From: Candidatus Bathyarchaeota archaeon
Lineage (GTDB): Archaea; Thermoproteota; Bathyarchaeia; Bathyarchaeales; Bathycorpusculaceae
Assembly: GCA_963733095.1 (NCBI GenBank)
Contig: CAVTBV010000013.1
Coordinates: 352,001-416,000 of the forward strand
Length of the DNA stretch: 64,000 nt
Reading direction: 5' to 3'
Part shown: positions 53,897 to 62,979 of the stretch, in pieces
Numbering within the stretch: the stretch's first letter is position 1
Layout: each line of letters opens with the position of its first letter
Made by a program: the position numbers and the translations under genes
Notes under the pieces: generated by a model
Seen by the model: only the letters and a program-made list of their open reading frames with translations
Told to the model about the DNA's origin: nothing
Databases searched by the model: none

Positions 53897-54177
53897 TCAT
53901 TCAACTCTTTTTCTTAATTTGCTGATAATCTTGCCCGTCTCCAGCTTTGAAGGGTTGCTAATGGCGCCTGATGGACATATGGAATCACAACCAATGCAGT
54001 ATACGATGCAATTATCAGCATTTTTACAAAAGGCGATCTTTTTTTCTCACAAAAACTATAGAAACAGTGCTTGCAGTAATCCAAGCATTTTCTACACGAG
54101 ATACATTTTCCGTAATCGATAGTTGGATACCAAGGTATCATACTCCGTGGAACCCCGTGAAATGCTCTTTTCGACAT
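53897..54177 (-). pseudogene. Frameshifted 2x[4Fe-4S] ferredoxin (paralog of 53510..53791)
   Basis: CISCRKCLDYC in the ORF frame; CIVYCIGCDSICPSGAI in a shifted frame after an A run near 54022. Confidence 0.75.
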
Positions 54178-54193
54178 TCAAACTATCCTCTGT

Positions 54194-54526
54194 TTACGTT
54201 GTCCAGAACGAGTAAACTTCCAAGTTTATGAACTGTTTTTTTAGGAAAGCCTTGACTTCATCCTCATCTAGATTTAGAATACCGTTCTTATCTGCATGCA
54301 ATGGTATACCCGTTTCTCTTAGAGAACTACCTTTTGCAAAATCAAAGAACATGTAATAGCGTCTGTCATGCAGCATTATAATTCTAAGGGATGAAAGCTC
54401 CTTGTTAGGTGAGAGCCCGTTTTGCTCAAGGATGAAAGTTATTGACTGAGGCTTCTTTTCGCCAACTAACCTTTTGAATTCTTGCCAATCTCTAATTCTA
54501 ATATGACCCTCACTCATTTTCTTCAA
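54194..54526 (-). CDS. Hypothetical protein
   Basis: Overlaps the arsC stop codon. Confidence 0.65.
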   Translation of the reverse strand: MKKMSEGHIRIRDWQEFKRLVGEKKPQSITFILEQNGLSPNKELSSLRIIMLHDRRYYMFFDFAKGSSLRETGIPLHADKNGILNLDEDEVKAFLKKQFINLEVYSFWTT

Positions 54527-54935
54527 TTAACCTTTTGACTTTTTGCTCGATTTCATCTCTTATCTCGCGGACTTTTTCTATGGGCTTTCCTTTTGGATCC
54601 TCAAGTTTCCAATCGATTGTTGGTTTAAAGAATGGCCCGGGACATATTCCTTGGTCATTGCAGCCCATTGTCACAATCAAATCTTCATCTAGCGCCATTT
54701 TAGCAGTAAGTTGTTTGGGTTTGTTATTTGAGATGTCGATGCCTACCTCTTTCATTGCTTCAACAACTGTTGGATTTACTTTATCAGCAGGTTTGTTACC
54801 CGCACTAGATGCATTAATTTTGTCTTTTCCATTCTTATTAGCGAATGCTTCTGCCATCTGACTTCTGCCAGCATTTTCAACGCAAACAAAAAGAATTTTC
54901 TTTGGCTGAGTAGTTTTTTGGGCTTGCTTTATCAT
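54510..54935 (-). CDS. arsC: Arsenate reductase, LMW-PTP family
   Basis: CVENAGRSQMAE P-loop, TMGC...CP, DWKLEDPKGK. Confidence 0.88.
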   Translation of the reverse strand: MIKQAQKTTQPKKILFVCVENAGRSQMAEAFANKNGKDKINASSAGNKPADKVNPTVVEAMKEVGIDISNNKPKQLTAKMALDEDLIVTMGCNDQGICPGPFFKPTIDWKLEDPKGKPIEKVREIRDEIEQKVKRLIEENE

Positions 54936-54985
54936 TGTTTTTCACTCAATTATAAATAGGAGACTTTCATAACAACTTTTAAATA

Positions 54986-55336
54986 TTGTTACTAATAAAG
55001 AATCGTTGGGTAGCTAAATTGGAGCGCCAAAACCGATTCAAAGCAACAGTTTTTCATGCACTTTCCGACCCAATTAGAATGGAAATAGTTTCTTTTTTGA
55101 GGGATGGCGAGAAGTGCGTTTGTGAAATAGTTCCCCATCTGAACATTATTCAACCGCTCATTTCACGTCATCTAAGGATTCTAAAAGAATCAGGCATCGT
55201 GAAATGCAGAAAGGATGGAACTAAGCGCATGTACTCGATTGTTGACCAGAGACTATTCAACGTTATTGATGCATTAACCTCTGAACTATTAGATGCACTC
55301 ACAAAAGAGGTTTACGAAAACGCAACCTGCTGCTAG
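54986..55336 (+). CDS. arsR: ArsR family regulator divergent from arsC
   Basis: ALSDPIR, EKCVCEI, ISRHLRILKESG, C-terminal CC. Confidence 0.85.
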   Translation: MLLIKNRWVAKLERQNRFKATVFHALSDPIRMEIVSFLRDGEKCVCEIVPHLNIIQPLISRHLRILKESGIVKCRKDGTKRMYSIVDQRLFNVIDALTSELLDALTKEVYENATCC

Positions 55337-55360
55337 GCGACTTTTAAAAATGACCTGTGA

Positions 55361-55756
55361 AGAAAAACCGAAAGCACAGTTGACGAAATAACAACAGCTC
55401 TCTGTAACGTTGGTTTTGCTTCTCCGCCTGACTGGCTCAAGAGCTACGATTGCTTAAGTCAAGGCGAAAAAATGCGGGTAGATATCGCGCGTGCACTTTG
55501 CACTAAGATGCCCATTAACCAAATAACTGGAAAAGAGCTCATAGTTTTCGATGAGTTCACAAGCGTAGTTGACCGAGAAATCGCTAAAATAGCGTCTTTC
55601 GTAATCAGTAAATCAATTAAACGTTCAAACAAACAGTTTGTTGCGGTCACATGCCACTATGATGTTGAAGATTGGCTTGAACCTGACTGGGTACTTTACA
55701 CAGACACTATGAAGTTTGAGCTTCGTGATAAAAAAAAGTTCACGACCCCCAATTGA
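55361..55756 (+). pseudogene. N-truncated viral ABC-type ATPase
   Basis: Frame open from 55361: VGFASPPDWLK..LSQGEKMR (signature), VFDEFTSVVDR (Walker B), VTCH; Walker A absent. Confidence 0.75.
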
Positions 55757-56357
55757 GCTTGAAATCTATGAATGCAGCCGGAGTCTTTGGGGCATCTTTA
55801 GGCAATATCATTATCTAAACACAAACATCTTGACATCAAACAAACATTACGTGGCGCTCTACAACAGCAAACCCGTAGCGTTCATCTCGATTGGGCGTTC
55901 ACAGTACAAATACAAGTATTGGCGGGTTAGCCGCCTCGTGGTTTTGCCAGATTACCAGGGAGTAGGCATTGGAACAAGACTCTTGACATGGGCAGCCCAA
56001 CACTTTTATGAAAAAACGCGCCTGGACTTTTTCATCGTTTCCAGTAATCCTCAGCTGATACATTTACGCAACAGCCCTTGCTGGATCCTGAAACGAGCAG
56101 GGCACAGCGTAAACAAGAATAACAGGTTTAGGCGAGAAAAGAACCTACTTAATAGTAGCAGCCAAAACCGCTTAACTTTCAGTTTCAAGTACAAACCTCA
56201 AACTCACAGTGCGCGCACACTGGCCTCTGACATCTATGCGATGGCGGCAGCGGTTGCAAGTCTTTACGGTAACGGTAGCGGCATTTTAGCTGAGTTCCCT
56301 GAGATTGCTTTTGAGATGATGAATTGGGACCAAGAGTTGCTTAAAGCAAAAGAGTAG
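55716..56357 (+). CDS. GNAT acetyltransferase domain, partner of upstream ATPase, with apparently foreign C-terminal extension
   Basis: YHYLN, RVSRLVVLPDYQGVGIG (motif A); overlaps the ATPase end across an A8 run. Confidence 0.75.
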   Translation: MSFVIKKSSRPPIELEIYECSRSLWGIFRQYHYLNTNILTSNKHYVALYNSKPVAFISIGRSQYKYKYWRVSRLVVLPDYQGVGIGTRLLTWAAQHFYEKTRLDFFIVSSNPQLIHLRNSPCWILKRAGHSVNKNNRFRREKNLLNSSSQNRLTFSFKYKPQTHSARTLASDIYAMAAAVASLYGNGSGILAEFPEIAFEMMNWDQELLKAKE

Positions 56358-56426
56358 TCTGCTTTGCTTCCCGGTAAGAAAAAACAAAAAGAAAAAAGTG
56401 TTGAGCGTTTTGTAAACGTTTTGCAT

Positions 56427-56828
56427 CTATGCTAGTTTTTTGCTACCTTGTCCAGGTGAGGCTTGGAAGACTGCGTCCACTTTTATTATGCCAACACTTT
56501 TTATTTTCATTTTCGAGGTTTCCATACTCTTCTTTGCGAAGTCATCGAAAATTGGTCCACTTGTTTGGAAACCGCCGAATGTTCCCTTTAATTGGTAGCC
56601 TGTCATTGGTCCTTTGAACACAGCAATAGCAACTTGCTTGTTCTTTTCAAGGTTCTCCTTTGTTTTTATGATGAAAACTTCTGCGAACGCAATAGTTTCG
56701 GGGTCTACTGCTACAAAGCTCCACATTGGAACTACGTTTGGAATGCCTTTAGCGTCTACTGTTGCTATCATTTTCGCTGAATCACTTGCACTTAAAACAT
56801 CCATTACTTCTTTAGGTATACTAACCAA
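56427..56828 (-). CDS. Pyridoxamine 5'-phosphate oxidase-like FMN-binding protein
   Basis: IATVDAKGIPNVVP, KTKENLEKN, GYQLKG. Confidence 0.85.
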   Translation of the reverse strand: MVSIPKEVMDVLSASDSAKMIATVDAKGIPNVVPMWSFVAVDPETIAFAEVFIIKTKENLEKNKQVAIAVFKGPMTGYQLKGTFGGFQTSGPIFDDFAKKSMETSKMKIKSVGIIKVDAVFQASPGQGSKKLA

Positions 56829-57010
56829 AAATCACACATCCTATTAAGGGAAACGACTGTAAAAGTCTAATAAACTTTTAGGGAATTTGAATAGAAAGTA
56901 GGCAGGCGTAAGTGTGTGTGGTTAGTCTGGTGGGGATGTTTGAAATTGACCCAACCCGCACTTCCTTGCTTTATTTTTTCAATACATTGAGTTAGAGTTA
57001 ATGTGTGTGA

Positions 57011-57109
57011 AGGCCCGAATTTCCGTTTCTGCGAATTATTGATGAGAACACGATTAACCCCAATGTCCATCCGCATTGTGAGTGCCTTCTAATTCGGGTT
57101 AAAGCTTAA
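57011..57109 (+). pseudogene. C-terminal remnant of head morphogenesis (Mu gpF/SPP1 gp7-like) protein
   Basis: EFPFLRIIDENTINPNVHPHCECLLIRV* resembles the HPNCRC motif; lies upstream of protease/capsid gene. Confidence 0.55.
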
Positions 57110-57145
57110 CACATTGCGAAGTAATAGAGGAAAGAAAGTCAAGCT

Positions 57146-58366
57146 CTAGCGTTTTTGATGCTTTCTAAAAAGCAAAACTGATGTTATAACAACTGCTAAC
57201 AGAATTATAGCAATGAATACTACTGTTGAAGTTGGGAACGACTCGGGGCTGTTGTCGTTAGGATATATATCGTTATACTGTGTAGCGGTGTTGCCAGAAA
57301 TTACGCCACCACGTCTGTTAAATGTGCCAGCATTATATACGCCTCCCCCAACTTCAGCTTTATTGTTAGAAATTACAGCATTTTCATACAAGCTAAAATT
57401 GCCATCAGGATAGTTGTATACCCCGCCCCCATAGGTAGCTTCATTATTAGAAATCATACCACCAGACATGCTAAAGATACCACTGTTAGAAACACCACCA
57501 CCTGATTGCATTAAATTCCCGCCTTCATTGTTGGAAATTTCACCGCCCGACATGCTAAAGATGGCACTGTTTTGCACTCCCCCGCCATCGTTATTACTGA
57601 TTAAACCCCCAGACATGTTAAAAGTGCCATAGTTCCAGCCCTGGTTATACGTACCGCGGTTATACACGCCAAAGCCTGTGTTGTTGGAGATTTCACCGCC
57701 AAACATACTAAACGTGCCGTACTCCATGTTGAACACAACACCACCACTACCACCATGACCAACTTTGGAAGTGTTATTGGAGATTTTGCCACCATACATT
57801 TCAAACCTACCACTATTAACCACACCATCACCCAAAATATTACCCGAAATCTCGCCATCGTACAGGATAAGTGTGCCACTTACATTAACACGCACAAGCT
57901 TGTTCCAAGCAAGAGGATAATTTCCACAAGTCACAGCAACACCATCAATCCTTAACACCCCACTACCCTCAACAATAATAACAGCATCAGAAAAACTAAC
58001 AGGAATACCATCCTCATTTCTAACAAGCTCTCTATCCCCCCCGATCAATTTGAAAAATTTAGACGTACTTGTCAAGGTTATGTCTTTGTTAGCAGCAATA
58101 ACAAGTTGTTCTGTAAGTGTAATGTCGTTATCAAGAGCGATAACTGTAGGTTCTACAGCGTTACTTACAGCATTTCTAAGTTCTATCTCGTTACCAACTA
58201 TTCTGTCCGATGTAGGGTGAGCAGTTGTTTGACCTGCAACTGGAGACAAAAAAACACCAAGAAAAGATGTTGCAAATAACAAAACAAGCACTGTCGTCAA
58301 AACTTTTGCCAAATAGTCCTGTTTTATCAACCCTTTTGGTCTTCCAAAGACATTAATGCTATGCAT
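57146..58366 (-). CDS. Adhesin-like parallel beta-helix surface protein (cargo)
   Basis: Signal peptide, repeated GGGV.N.G.F.MSGG.ISNN, C-terminal TM plus basic tail. Confidence 0.8.
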   Translation of the reverse strand: MHSINVFGRPKGLIKQDYLAKVLTTVLVLLFATSFLGVFLSPVAGQTTAHPTSDRIVGNEIELRNAVSNAVEPTVIALDNDITLTEQLVIAANKDITLTSTSKFFKLIGGDRELVRNEDGIPVSFSDAVIIVEGSGVLRIDGVAVTCGNYPLAWNKLVRVNVSGTLILYDGEISGNILGDGVVNSGRFEMYGGKISNNTSKVGHGGSGGVVFNMEYGTFSMFGGEISNNTGFGVYNRGTYNQGWNYGTFNMSGGLISNNDGGGVQNSAIFSMSGGEISNNEGGNLMQSGGGVSNSGIFSMSGGMISNNEATYGGGVYNYPDGNFSLYENAVISNNKAEVGGGVYNAGTFNRRGGVISGNTATQYNDIYPNDNSPESFPTSTVVFIAIILLAVVITSVLLFRKHQKR

Positions 58367-58399
58367 GATTTGCTCAAGAATTCAAGGCCTTGAAATGAT

Positions 58400-58429
58400 A
58401 TAAAAAACTATTCGTCAAACTTTCTTGAC
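58400..58429 (-). promoter_or_regulatory. Cargo-gene promoter with GTCAA-N6-TTGAC palindrome
   Basis: ATAAAAAACTATTCGT identical to 60597-60612; GTCAAACTTTCTTGAC at 58414-58429. Confidence 0.7.
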
Positions 58430-58540
58430 TAAGACAGAGCTAACAATTAGAACATAAGTCAAGGCATCAACGTCTAACCTTCATTGTGAATATCTTCTGA
58501 TTAGGGTTTCAGCTTAACAGTACCTAGAGAGGAAAAAAGT

Positions 58541-59686
58541 TTGTCAAAACCGCATAGCCGTGAGTTAGTCTTCATTGCGGGTTTGCATCGGCTTGATGCT
58601 TCCAACAAGAAGGCAGTTTTCTATTTGATGAATACTAGCCGGAATCGTAATCGCTGGGGAGTCACGCAGAAAGCGCTGGATGAGGCTTTGCCGTCGCTGT
58701 TAAAGAAGCCTTTGGGCATGGGTAAGGACTATAAGCTGGGGCATTTTGCAGACGATGAATGCATGAATGTTGGGTTGTTTTCGGCTTTTGAGAATAAAGG
58801 TAACTATGCATTGGGCACCGTCGACATAACAGATGATAAAGCCTTAAGCGATGTTGAAGCAGTCGAAGCCGTAACAATCCTCGAACAAGTCTTAGGCTAC
58901 GCATGGCCCAACTACAACTTGAGAGCGATTTGCCGCACCATCCCAATGGATAACTTGCAAGAACGCATAGACATCGCAACTAAATCGACAGGTCAACGCA
59001 AAGTTAAACCAATGCAGGAAGCCGAAATCAGCAAAGACGCATTCGCACCAGTAAACTTTGACCTCTGGAAGAACGTTGTGCACGTTGCAGTTGCCGATGA
59101 GGCAGGCATGAAATCAGCACATAACATACTTCAGCTCCAAACTGAAGCCGCTGGCAGAGATCTAGGTCGCATGGAAAACCTCGACATCAAAGACATTGCC
59201 GAAGCCTGCACCGAAAAAACATCCAGCACCCCATACGTGGATTGGGCAGCAAAATCAAGCGGCATAAGCACAAACGACCCATTCGACGCTATCATTCCCG
59301 CAATCGATTACATCCAGGGAAAAGGCTGGCCAGTTGACTTCATGGCATTGCACCAAACAATCTACAGCAAATTCATCCGCAACACTTACGTCCGAGAATT
59401 GGTTCATGCGGGCATTGCAAGTTTGGGTCCAAACGGCGGCGCCTTCACATTACCAGGTTACCCAACCGTTAAGGTTGTCACAGACTATGCATTAACAGAA
59501 ACTCCGGATGGCACTCATGGTCCACTGATCGGCAGTTCAGTTGCTCCAGGCTTGGTTTTCGGTGAAGGCCCAACAATGGCAGCACAGTACAGAGACGAAG
59601 CGAAAGGCTTTGACGGCTACATTATCCGCAAATGGCAAGAGCCAAAAGTAGTCATACAAGACGCTATCACAAAAATCTGCACCTAA
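58541..59686 (+). CDS. Major capsid protein (HK97-like), fused to a prohead-protease-like N-terminus
   Basis: Position upstream of neck genes; capsid-like segments (DPFDAII.AI..I...G..VDFMALH; YRDEAKG.DGYIIR); N-terminus LMNTSRNRNRWGVT resembles protease starts. Confidence 0.65.
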   Translation: MSKPHSRELVFIAGLHRLDASNKKAVFYLMNTSRNRNRWGVTQKALDEALPSLLKKPLGMGKDYKLGHFADDECMNVGLFSAFENKGNYALGTVDITDDKALSDVEAVEAVTILEQVLGYAWPNYNLRAICRTIPMDNLQERIDIATKSTGQRKVKPMQEAEISKDAFAPVNFDLWKNVVHVAVADEAGMKSAHNILQLQTEAAGRDLGRMENLDIKDIAEACTEKTSSTPYVDWAAKSSGISTNDPFDAIIPAIDYIQGKGWPVDFMALHQTIYSKFIRNTYVRELVHAGIASLGPNGGAFTLPGYPTVKVVTDYALTETPDGTHGPLIGSSVAPGLVFGEGPTMAAQYRDEAKGFDGYIIRKWQEPKVVIQDAITKICT

Positions 59687-59815
59687 ACCCTTCTTTTTTT
59701 CATGCAATATCTAATCAGTCAAGCTTAGGTTTTTTGATACCTGAGTATCATAGCAACAGAGAATAAAGAAAGAAGCAAAGGCGTGATTGTCCACCAATTT
59801 AACTTAACTCGATTA

Positions 59816-60571
59816 TCAAAGAAAGTTCTTTGTAATCGCTGTTTGCCCAGCAGTTGCGTTAACGGTAAAGGTTGTAATGTAGTCTGTTTTTATCGAAATG
59901 TTGCCTGCTGTTGGACCCAAATAGTAAGTTACTGTGATGTTATAGGTATGCTCATTTATCAATACAACCGAATAATCTCCGATAGCACTGTTACCACCTA
60001 TGATACCACTTTGCGGAGGATAATTGTAAGGAAAACTAAAAGAATTGTTAGCACCTGTTTGAATGTCAGTGAATTGAATTCTAATCAAACTTGATGGGAA
60101 GGGTTGGGATAAAGGTATACTGTTTATTTTGCCTGATACAGTTATGCCAGCACTTAGTGGATAAACGAAGACAACAAATGTAGCGTTCTCTGCTTGTCCA
60201 TTGTCTAATGCTGTTACAGTGACTGTGTAGTTTCCTGTTGGTGTTGAATCAGGCACATAAACGGTTAGAATACTGGTGAAGTTTGATATTCCTCTCGCAG
60301 GTTCAAAGGTGCAGTTGACACCGCTTGAACCAGTATTACTGCTTAGCGTTATATTTTCAGCTTTACCTATTGAGGTTAAGTTGACTTGGGCTTGTAGATT
60401 GTTTCCTCGAATAACTTCTGTTTGGTTTAAAGACACATTTACGCTAAGTTTTGTAATTGACTGATCAGTTGTAGGTTGACGATAAAAAACAATCAATGAA
60501 GCAACCACAAGCACAACTATGATTACCGTAACGACCATTAAATTTCTACGCCTAGTTGAAGTTTGAACCAT
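59816..60571 (-). CDS. Membrane-anchored Ig-like secreted protein (cargo)
   Basis: N-terminal TM; STPTGNYTVTVTA Ig-like strand; many NxT/S sequons. Confidence 0.75.
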   Translation of the reverse strand: MVQTSTRRRNLMVVTVIIVVLVVASLIVFYRQPTTDQSITKLSVNVSLNQTEVIRGNNLQAQVNLTSIGKAENITLSSNTGSSGVNCTFEPARGISNFTSILTVYVPDSTPTGNYTVTVTALDNGQAENATFVVFVYPLSAGITVSGKINSIPLSQPFPSSLIRIQFTDIQTGANNSFSFPYNYPPQSGIIGGNSAIGDYSVVLINEHTYNITVTYYLGPTAGNISIKTDYITTFTVNATAGQTAITKNFL

Positions 60572-60596
60572 GCTTAGTACTGAGAAATTAAAGCCA

Positions 60597-60649
60597 ATAA
60601 AAAACTATTCGTTAAAAAACTTGACAGTTGGCAGTCAAAGTTTCTTGAC
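60597..60649 (-). promoter_or_regulatory. Cargo-gene promoter with GTCAA-N6-TTGAC palindrome (copy 2)
   Basis: 16-nt identity to 58400-58415; GTCAAAGTTTCTTGAC at 60634-60649 plus a degenerate box at 60611-60625. Confidence 0.7.
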
Positions 60650-60686
60650 ATGATAATAATCAAAGATTTGGCAGGAGCAAATTGGT

Positions 60687-61034
60687 TTGTCTATTAGGTA
60701 TGGTTGTTTGGTTAATGTTCAGGTTATGGCAGCCGTGACTGTCAATGATGGCGTGAGTTCTGCCGATCCTGAGTTAACTATGTACTTGGGTAAGGCCTGC
60801 GATTTCATTAACGACTCCCTCAAGGGATTTGTTTCGGTGCCGCTGGATCCTGTGCCTGCAGTTGTCGATACGATTGCAGAATTTTATGCTTCGGGACTCT
60901 ATCTTGCCCGAAACAATCTTGCTGACGGCCAGACACAGCATCCCAACGTGGTCTTGGCAGAAAAGAAGCTCTCTGAGTATAGGGCGAGCCTTCGCCGGAG
61001 CTATAAACTGTTCAGTAATTCTGATGAGGAGTAG
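60687..61034 (+). CDS. Putative head-tail adaptor protein
   Basis: Helical 115 aa; A.DFINDSL..VSVPL..VP.VV; gene order. Confidence 0.6.
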   Translation: MSIRYGCLVNVQVMAAVTVNDGVSSADPELTMYLGKACDFINDSLKGFVSVPLDPVPAVVDTIAEFYASGLYLARNNLADGQTQHPNVVLAEKKLSEYRASLRRSYKLFSNSDEE

Positions 61035-61500
61035 TGGCGCCTTGTCTGTTCGGGTTAGGGTGAATTTCACTAGGGTCGAGAGTCTAGTCAGTGGGGTAGC
61101 TGCTCGGCAGAGGCTTGTTTTTGGTGAATGGCAGCGACAGGGATCCGCCGAGGCTGAACATGTGTTGCGGGCTAATACGCCTGTTCGCACGGGGTTTCTG
61201 CGTGATAGTATCGTTAAGCAGTTGACGCCTTCGGGCTTCACAGTTTACCCCACAGCATCCTATGCATCAGCAGTAGAGCATGGGACTGGTCCGCACACGA
61301 TTTTTCCTTCACATGCTAAGGTTCTCTGTTTCAGGACGGGCAATCTTGGTTGGGCGTTTGGTGAAGGCGCAATATTTGCTAAGCGGGTTGAGCATCCGGG
61401 GTTTGCTGGTCGCTTCTTCATACGCAAAAGCCGTGATGAGTTGCGTGGCAAGTTAAGAGATTTGTATTTGATGCTTTGGATTAGGATGCAAAATGAGTAA
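61024..61500 (+). CDS. HK97 gp10-like neck/tail-completion protein
   Basis: TPVRTGFLRDSI, YASAVEHGTGPH, VEHPG; start moved to ATG 61024. Confidence 0.8.
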   Translation: MRSSGALSVRVRVNFTRVESLVSGVAARQRLVFGEWQRQGSAEAEHVLRANTPVRTGFLRDSIVKQLTPSGFTVYPTASYASAVEHGTGPHTIFPSHAKVLCFRTGNLGWAFGEGAIFAKRVEHPGFAGRFFIRKSRDELRGKLRDLYLMLWIRMQNE

Positions 61501-61915
61501 CGGAATACTAGCTATAAAGACGGCTGTTAAGAGTGTTCTTGCGGACGCTTCTTTAGGTCAGGTTTCTAAGTGGCTCTCAGCTGAGCCTTCGCCTTCTGCT
61601 TATCCTGGATTATGTTTTGGGTGGGTTGAGTGGAGCGGCGGTCCAGTTGTTCAAGCAAATTTTGACCGCAAAAAAGCGGTTGATGAATTCTTCATAGTCA
61701 TAATTACGAAGAACGCTGATGCCGATCAAGCAGAAAGTGACGGATTGTCACTAGCCGAGAAGGCTGAAGCTTTGTTCTGTGCTGATCGTAAGTTGGGTGG
61801 TGCCGTAACTGATAGTTTGGTTACGTTGCGTGAGAAGCAAAAAGTGTTTGACGGCAAGTTCAGCGTTAATGCTGTTCGTTTGACGCTACAGACTTGGCGA
61901 TGGATGACTGGTTAG
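61493..61915 (+). CDS. Putative tail terminator protein
   Basis: Overlaps the gp10-like gene; YP..., DRKLGGAV; gene order. Confidence 0.6.
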   Translation: MSNGILAIKTAVKSVLADASLGQVSKWLSAEPSPSAYPGLCFGWVEWSGGPVVQANFDRKKAVDEFFIVIITKNADADQAESDGLSLAEKAEALFCADRKLGGAVTDSLVTLREKQKVFDGKFSVNAVRLTLQTWRWMTG

Positions 61916-62044
61916 CGAGCACACCACACTATGTAGGACCTTCCTCGATACTAACGACTGGAATCAATCATCTTACATTAATTTTAAAGCGATAGGTCAA
62001 TTGTAAGTAAATTATATAACCACACAAACCCATTAGTTTCTAAT

Positions 62045-62848
62045 ATGCGTAGTCTGGGCAAATATCTGTTGTTATGCTTAGTTATTCTCTCAGCATCTAG
62101 CCTGTGGATGGTAAAACTCTCTGATGCTCAAGCCACACCTAATCCTGCTGCTACATTTGTCACTGGTGTTATATCCTCAGACACGACATGGACCAAGGTT
62201 AATAGTCCCTACAATATAACAGGCGCGGTAATAGCAAAAGGCGTAACTGTGACGATTGAACCAGGAACGGTTATTTATGTCAATGCTTTCGAAGGATTAG
62301 GCGTAATTGGGACACTTCGCGCAATAGGCACAAGTAATGAACCCATTACCCTTAACGGAGACTTTCGCATGAGAGCACCCGTTTTCGGAAGCAGTTCTTA
62401 CAACGGAATTTTATCGTTTAGCAATGAAAGCCAACCATGGGATGACAAAACAGGAACAGGATGCATCATCGAAAACACGAACATTGTTTCCTTGAGCGTC
62501 TATATTCATAATGCAACCATAAAATTGAACAATAACGTTTTCAGCGGGTACTACGAATACCATAGGCTTTGGATAGAAGGTGGTAACTCGATAGTCACCA
62601 ATAATAGAATATTAGCGGATACAATCGGAGCGGATAATAATTTTCCCCAATCTGGCAATAATACAGTTATAGGTTCTGGCGGCGTCAGTTATACACCGAA
62701 TCCAGTCAGTTATACTCCGAATCCAACTGCAACTCCTTCCCCTTCAGTTCCAGAGTTTTCTTGGTTAACAATCCTACCCATGCTTCTCGCCATACCAATT
62801 GTTCTGGTCATAATCAGAAAAACCGTTTCTAGAAACATTACTTTGTAG
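62045..62848 (+). CDS. Secreted beta-helix protein with PEF-CTERM-like sorting signal (cargo)
   Basis: Signal peptide, DTTWTKVNSPY..VTIEPG, VPEF plus TM plus basic tail. Confidence 0.78.
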   Translation: MRSLGKYLLLCLVILSASSLWMVKLSDAQATPNPAATFVTGVISSDTTWTKVNSPYNITGAVIAKGVTVTIEPGTVIYVNAFEGLGVIGTLRAIGTSNEPITLNGDFRMRAPVFGSSSYNGILSFSNESQPWDDKTGTGCIIENTNIVSLSVYIHNATIKLNNNVFSGYYEYHRLWIEGGNSIVTNNRILADTIGADNNFPQSGNNTVIGSGGVSYTPNPVSYTPNPTATPSPSVPEFSWLTILPMLLAIPIVLVIIRKTVSRNITL

Positions 62849-62979
62849 GATTGAAGCCAGCTTAAAAAGTAGTTTGGCATAAGGCGATTTTAGCTAACAC
62901 ACCTGTTAATCGATTATTTTGGTAACTGCCATTTTGGCATTACAACTAAAAATTTAGAAATTTTGGAGGAAAAAAAATT

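Noticed and set aside
50611-54177. Ferredoxins considered as HgcB
   Set aside because: They lack the CMECGAC-type motif and terminal vicinal Cys pair; no hgcA in the window
55732-55738. A AAA AAG as a classic -1 frameshift site
   Set aside because: The downstream GNAT is in the +1 frame, so a simple -1 shift would not join the two
60829-61023. N-terminal extension of the gp10-like ORF in the ORF track
   Set aside because: Overlaps the adaptor gene; ATG 61024 fits translational coupling better
62684-62725. 21-bp tandem duplication (VSYTPNP x2)
   Set aside because: Ordinary linker expansion in a surface protein
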